DNA of 64,000 nucleotides from Mobula hypostoma (taxonomy: Eukaryota), in the NCBI RefSeq assembly GCF_963921235.1, contig NC_086118.1, positions 21,082,001-21,146,000 on the forward strand. The letters are read 5' to 3'. A program made the position numbers and the translations under genes. Below are positions 61,917 through 64,000 of this stretch, in pieces. The stretch's first letter is position 1. Each line of letters opens with the position of its first letter. A model generated the notes under the pieces. It searched no databases. It was not told where the DNA came from and worked only from the letters and a program-made list of their open reading frames with translations.

Positions 61917-63434
61917 TTTAAAAGACAGGGTTGGCTGTAACCTCTCATGAAGTTTGCGTGAGCATCTGTATCAGATCCTGCGCTTTGGAGCTTCCATACA
62001 GATTGTGATGCATGAGTCAGAATGCTCTCCACTCTACATCTGTAGAAATGGGGCAAGTTTGAATGCAAAACACACCAGAAGGCTAAGGTTTGGGGCTCAA
62101 AGTATTTTTACAATCAGAATGTTAGCATACGAATTAGGAGCAGAAGGCACTCAACCCATTAGCCTGATCGAACGTTTAATAAGATCATAGCTGATGTGAA
62201 CTTCAATCACATTCCCATCTATTACAGTGACCTTTCACCCTGTGCTTATCAAAGGTATGTCTCAAAAATATTCCGACACTCTGCCCTTTGAGGAAGAGAG
62301 TTCCAACGATTTATGGTCCTCAGGATCTTAATGTTTAGATTCTCTCTCCAAGAGGAAGCATCCTTTCTACATCCTCCCTGGCAAAATCGCTGATGATATT
62401 GTATGTTTCAATCAAGTCCACTCTCAATCGTAAACTCCAGCAGACCCAAGCTTGGCCTATCCCACCTCTCCTCAGAAGACAACCTCACCATGCCAGATGT
62501 TCCCATGTCTTCTTAACCAACATAAAGGACTGGAAGTTTCATTGATCTGTTGCCATGCACTCCAAAGTTTCTTTTTGTAGCCTACTACTTCCTTCCTTTT
62601 ATGCTGTTTACGAAGGATTACCCCACAAATACGGGGCTAAGTTCCTGTTGTTGCTTTCTCACCACCTGATTTGTCCATTGTCTAAGTTTGCCTCCTCACC
62701 ATTACCCACATGGCTAATTTTTGTATTATCTGTGAACTCAAATGCAAACCCTTAATTTAAAGCTAAATCAATGAGTAGAGTCACAAAAAATGTTCTCACA
62801 TGAAAAGGAAGCAGACTATTTCAGTCACAAACACAGCCCTCAACTATTAATGAGTCATTTTCTCTGAGATCAATTGGGACTTGGCTTTTTGGATTGGTTT
62901 GCCATGTGGGGCCTTGTCATTGTCATAGAGTCGAGCAGTACAGGAAAAAGAAGCCCCTCAGTCTATCACATCCCTACCAATTATCACAGTCCTATCTAGG
63001 CTGATCCCATCTACTGGCACTTGATCTACAGCCTTCTACAGCTTGACACTTCAAGTGCTTGGCAGGATACTTCTCAAAAGTTGTGAGAGCACCTGCTTTC
63101 ACCTCCCATTCATGCAATATTTTCCAGATTCAAGCCTCTGGGTGAAAATGTTCTTCTTCAGAGCTCCTGTAAATCTCTTTTCCCTAAGCCTATATATTCT
63201 AGATGTTGAAATCCCTGCTTGAGGACAAGTTTCCTATTAATCACCCTAGCGATGCTCCTCATGATTTGTATACAGGTTCCCTTTAACCCTCCTCTGCACC
63301 AAGGAAAACTAACATAGACTAACCAGATTCTCTTCATAACTGAGATGCTCTTTCACATATAACATCCTTTGCACACTCTCTAGTGCAATTTCATGTTTCC
63401 TATAGTCTGGCAACCAGAAGTGCATACAGGCTTC

Positions 63435-64000
63435 AATAAGACCATAAGACACAGGAGCAGAATTAGGCCATCTGATCCACTGAGTCTGCTCAAACAGATG
63501 ATCATTGCTGATTTATTTTCCCTCCCAACCATATTCTCCTGCCTTCTCCCCATAAATTTTAATGCCCTTACTAATCAAGAACCTATCAACCTCCGCTTTA
63601 AATATACAAAATGACTTGGCATCTACAGCTGTCTAGGGCAATGAATTCCACAGATTCACCACCCTCTGGCTAAAGATACTACACCTCTTCCCAGTTCTAA
63701 AGGGTCATCTATTATGAGGATGTATCTTCTGTTCTAGACTCTCCAAATCCACTCAATCCAGGCCCTTCAAATTCGATTTCAAAGATATCCCCATCTCATT
63801 CTTCTAAACTGCAGTGAGTACTGGCCTAGAACCATCAAACACTCCTCATACATTAACCCTTCCATTCCCTGGATCATTTTCATAAAACTCCAATGCCAGC
63901 ACACCCTTTCTTAGATATGGGGCCCAAAATTCCTCACAATTCTCCAGTAGTGGTCTGACCAACAGCCTATAAAATTGCAACATTGCGTCCTTGTTTTCTA
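63435..64000 (-). mobile_element. CR1 3' fragment running off the window; older CR1 pieces at about 62105-62470 and 62925-63420
   Basis: Tail aataagaccataagac, aatgaattccacagattcaccaccctc and cttctaaactgcagtgagta. Confidence 0.8.

Overview
Repeat-dense vertebrate genomic DNA. The repeat mix (CR1, Rex1/Babar, Penelope-like, L1, V-SINE/HE1-type) suggests a cartilaginous fish, possibly a ray; that is inference. The window lies inside the 3' half of a minus-strand B3GNTL1 (QTGAL, queuosine-tRNA galactosyltransferase) ortholog. Three consecutive coding exons are present with canonical AG/GT ends and matching phases: 45040-45175, 35151-35219 and 30687-30761. I could not find the preceding exon or the terminal exon, so both probably lie outside the window. 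Most of the rest is intronic transposon debris: a full-length decayed L1 with TSD, many CR1 and Rex1 pieces, a Tc1, a Tigger derivative, a mariner foldback MITE, a solo LTR and SINEs, often nested several levels deep. The most interesting signal is at least 12 Penelope-like (PLE) pieces whose pseudo-LTR carries a minimal hammerhead ribozyme. Many are only 80-400 bp, have 7-13 bp target-site duplications and show a recurrent inverted long-arm/short-arm geometry. One ribozyme copy (61818-61855) has a fully intact catalytic core.
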